This document shows positions 29,365-32,346 of a DNA stretch of 32,346 nt, one piece after another. The translations under genes were made by a program, and so were the position numbers. The notes beneath the pieces were generated by a model, which worked only from the letters and a program-made list of their open reading frames with translations, was not told where the DNA came from and made no database searches. Origin of the DNA: Craspedostauros australis (Eukaryota). The DNA is taken from positions 1 to 32,346 of the forward strand of contig JALAGF010002262.1 in assembly GCA_030167865.1 (NCBI GenBank). Direction: 5' to 3'. The stretch's first letter is position 1. Every line of letters begins with the position of its first letter.

Positions 29365-31458
29365 TCATGCCATTCTCGCCTGCTTGTTCGTCGGCGTCGG
29401 CGACGACGAGCCTACCAACCTCATGGGCGGAACGGTCGGCGCGCGCTCGACTACAGCGTCGCACGACACCGCCAACGTCTCGCCATGCTGGATCGTCACA
29501 AAGTTCTCCTTCATTTTGAGATGCTCCTGCAATTCCTTGGGCGGGGCCGACATGCCTTCCTCGCTCAACGCGAAGGTCCCCCAGTGGATGCCGACGCTTT
29601 GCTTGGCGCGGATATCGCGATGAATGCGCACGGCCTCCATGGGGTTGACGTGGGAATCCTTCATCATGTAGTCCGGTTCGTAGGCACCGATCGGGATGGC
29701 CGCCAAATCGAATCCACCGAGCGCGTCGCCGATCTGGCGGAATAGGGGGAATTCGTTCTGCGGGTAGGCCGTGTCACCGCAAAAGAAGAACGAGGATTGG
29801 TCCTTGAATGCGAAGGATGCCCATAGCCTGATGTTGCGGTCCATCATGGTCCGGCTCGCCCAGTGCTGGACTGGGCAGCATGTGATCGTCATGCAATTGT
29901 TGTATGCGGTATCATCGTTGGCAGTTCCGTTCGCATCAACAATCTCGAAAACATCACTTTGATCATCATTCACGCTGTTGCTTCTGCCGGTGCTTTTGCT
30001 CGTCTTGTCGTTCGATCCAGCATCGTTCATAGATTCAATCGAGACGACTTCGATGGTTGGGCCTTTCCGTAGCTTGGCCTGCTGCCACCATTCCAACTCC
30101 AGGACATTTTGAATGCCGCACTTTTCGTCCAGCCATTGCTTGATCCCCAACGGGACCACCCACAATTGAACACGATCCTTGAGCTGCAGGATGCTGTTTT
30201 CATCCATATGATCGTAATGATCATGCGATATGCAAGCGATATCGATCTTCGCATCTTCGTTTTCATATAGCTTACGACAATGTTCTGCGAGCTGATCTAT
30301 GGAATGAGATGGGGGCACATCGCGCGACACACCGATTGGCATGTTCTGGAAAGGCGAGGCGCGCAGGCTGAAGATGGGATCCGTGAGGATGGTCCAGTCG
30401 TTCGATGGCGACGATCGGCATTCCATCTGCACCCAGCATGTGGAATGGCCGATCCACGTGTAATGGATGGAGTCCTCACTGTCACTCGTGGAAGATGGGA
30501 GCGGCAAGGACTTGATTTTCGATTGCTCGTGCGCCTTGGGATCGGCAATCCAGGGAAGACGCGGCGTCAATGATGCCAAAACACTGCGCTCCTTGAGGTT
30601 TCGGAATAAGCGAGCCATCCTCCATGTCATGATCGTGGACAGCGAGTGAATGCCGTTGGTGGATTGAGAATGCCAAGGATTGACGAAACGGCCGGTGCTG
30701 TCGCGCGATGCCAAAGGACGCCCAGTCCTGGCATCGAACCATGTTGGCTGGGTGTATTCATCGAGCTGAACCTTGCGGTAATACTTTGCCTGCGCCCATT
30801 GGATGCGGTTCTTGAAGTAGGCTCTGATGCGCTCCCTCCATCGAATTCGTCGATTCGCTAGCGGTACAGGCAGTGGGGACGACGACGACGACAGCGATGG
30901 TTGCAATGCCTTCGAGTCCGGTTTCGTTTTTGCTTTGGACAACGATGGCGCCGCCGACGATGAAAGGGACGGCAAAGACGCCGAGAGCGATGACGAAAGC
31001 GACGATAGAGACGATGACCGCGCGGCCTTGAATTGATTGAGCAGCTTCGACAAGCGCTGCAGCTTGCGCCGCTTCCTGAACTTGCGGTACCGTTGCTTGG
31101 CAGAAGAGTAGTTGGTGAGCAAGTTGGCTGCTTTCTCTCTGTACCTATAGAGCACGAGCTTGCGTGCCTTGCGTGACGAAACACGCAGCCTCTGCATGGC
31201 AAGCTCCACACGGATCGTCGTGGGCTTCGCCTTGAGCCACCACCGCTTGGTGCGTTCCTTGAAGTCCACCCAGGACGTTGGAAAGAAGATGTACTGCCTC
31301 GTCTGCTGCGACATGATCAACGATGGTGGCGGAGCCAGTGCTCGTCGAAGCCTCATTGTGGACGTCAATGTGGTCGATATTGACGTCAGGAGAGCCATGT
31401 TGTTCCGTCGCAGCGCACTGCTTGATATCGTGCGACTATGGTGGCACATGGAAAGCAT
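29365..31458 (-). CDS. NAPEPLD: N-acyl-phosphatidylethanolamine phospholipase D (metallo-beta-lactamase fold) with long basic N-terminal extension, about 697 aa
   Basis: GRFVNPW, TWIGHST, ILTDPIFS.RASP, ISHDHYDHMD (HxHxDH), PVQHW..R, FFCGDTAY, DLAAIPIGAYEP, HVNP.EA, GIHWGTF.L..E. First in-frame ATG at 31458; true start uncertain. Confidence 0.9.
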   Translation of the reverse strand: MLSMCHHSRTISSSALRRNNMALLTSISTTLTSTMRLRRALAPPPSLIMSQQTRQYIFFPTSWVDFKERTKRWWLKAKPTTIRVELAMQRLRVSSRKARKLVLYRYREKAANLLTNYSSAKQRYRKFRKRRKLQRLSKLLNQFKAARSSSLSSLSSSLSASLPSLSSSAAPSLSKAKTKPDSKALQPSLSSSSSPLPVPLANRRIRWRERIRAYFKNRIQWAQAKYYRKVQLDEYTQPTWFDARTGRPLASRDSTGRFVNPWHSQSTNGIHSLSTIMTWRMARLFRNLKERSVLASLTPRLPWIADPKAHEQSKIKSLPLPSSTSDSEDSIHYTWIGHSTCWVQMECRSSPSNDWTILTDPIFSLRASPFQNMPIGVSRDVPPSHSIDQLAEHCRKLYENEDAKIDIACISHDHYDHMDENSILQLKDRVQLWVVPLGIKQWLDEKCGIQNVLELEWWQQAKLRKGPTIEVVSIESMNDAGSNDKTSKSTGRSNSVNDDQSDVFEIVDANGTANDDTAYNNCMTITCCPVQHWASRTMMDRNIRLWASFAFKDQSSFFFCGDTAYPQNEFPLFRQIGDALGGFDLAAIPIGAYEPDYMMKDSHVNPMEAVRIHRDIRAKQSVGIHWGTFALSEEGMSAPPKELQEHLKMKENFVTIQHGETLAVSCDAVVERAPTVPPMRLVGSSSPTPTNKQARMA

Positions 31459-31901
31459 GGGGACAGACGAAGCCGATGGCGCGGTTGCAAGTCTACTACG
31501 ACTACGACTAGTCGTATGACTACGAGGAGCTACTGTTGTGGTTCCTGCTTCATGTCTGATGCCCACCAACGACCGACTTGTCGAATCCTTCTTGGTGGTT
31601 GTTTTGTGTCTTGGACAATTTCAAAAGTCGGCAGACAGATCGCTTCTTTCGTACGATTCACTCGATCAATACATCACCATTCATTCATTCGTGCGTGACT
31701 TGAATCCCGAACCACATCAAGAAATCCAACAACGAACGAGAACGCTGCGTTTGGCGCCACAACACGAAGATCGTTGCCACCACCACCGAAGCGCAAATAC
31801 ATCTCACTCAGCTCAACCTCCCACACTCTGCAGACCGCGTCCATCTCTACAAGGTGATCAGGACCGCAAAAGGAACAACTCCAACCACGACAAAGAACCC
31901 A

Positions 31902-32346
31902 ATGGTGATGATTCGAAGTGGCAGCAACGCGTTCAGTGCTCACTCTGTCGACAGGACGATACGATCGATGCCATGGATGCGACGATGCGCGGCGAGATCT
32001 GCGCAAGCAGCGGTGGCAAGGGAGGGGCTGAGAGTCCATCATCATCATCATCGATACTGCCGACGCTCCTTCTCAATGGGTCGTCATTGCCGTCGGACTA
32101 CGACCATGCGTATGACAACGCAGTTGCTGCCGTCGAACACATCCACGCTCACTTTCATGAGCACGATGGCACCGCGCGGGACGGATGCAGGTGGAGGTGA
32201 TGCCTTGGTATCCGATGAAGAGGCGTCCGTCACGCGCACAAATCCCGCCGGCGTTGCCGCTCCGTACACGTGGAGGAACTTACTCGGACCGTCAGCCAGA
32301 GCATCGTGGAGGGCCTCCGATCCCAAGCTGCCCGAACATCTGGAAT
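31902..32346 (+). CDS. 5' end of a gene running off the window; possible mitochondrial presequence
   Basis: Frame open from ATG 31902 to the window end (MVMIRSGSNAFSAHSVDRTIRSMPWMRRCAARSAQ...PYTWRNLLGPSARASWRASDPKLPEHLE); Arg-rich, acid-poor N-terminus; A/C-rich leader. Absent from the ORF track because it has no stop in the window. Confidence 0.55.
   Translation, partial: MVMIRSGSNAFSAHSVDRTIRSMPWMRRCAARSAQAAVAREGLRVHHHHHRYCRRSFSMGRHCRRTTTMRMTTQLLPSNTSTLTFMSTMAPRGTDAGGGDALVSDEEASVTRTNPAGVAAPYTWRNLLGPSARASWRASDPKLPEHLE

Noticed and set aside
31538..32200. 220-aa plus-strand ORF at the right end
   Set aside because: GTG start running through leader-like sequence; the frame from ATG 31902, open to the window end, is the better candidate.

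Overview
Eukaryotic nuclear DNA, most likely from a diatom (inference from GT-AG introns of 219-382 bp, an ASAFAP-type plastid targeting signal, C/G-ending codon bias and A/C-rich leaders). About 14 complete protein-coding genes are present, four with an intron that could be placed by hand, plus one gene cut by the right edge. Recognisable products: beta-adaptin (AP-1/AP-2), GT8-like glycosyltransferase, flavin-containing monooxygenase, membrane-anchored JmjC dioxygenase, DnaJ/DnaJ-X protein, RNase H2 subunit B, plastid-targeted ABA4-like protein, PX-BAR sorting nexin, serine palmitoyltransferase small subunit, CHMP1/Did2 and NAPE-PLD. The 4.2-18.6 kb part is gene-sparse and holds orphan genes, a decayed coding region and three type II membrane proteins. 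I saw no tRNA, rRNA, CRISPR array or intact transposase. I cannot demonstrate a new system. The best leads are (i) a putatively lumenal JmjC hydroxylase near a GT8-like enzyme with an altered DxD motif and an FMO, and (ii) the 8-mer TACGAGTA, found at least nine times and only in non-coding DNA. All family assignments are from motif recognition, not database searches.
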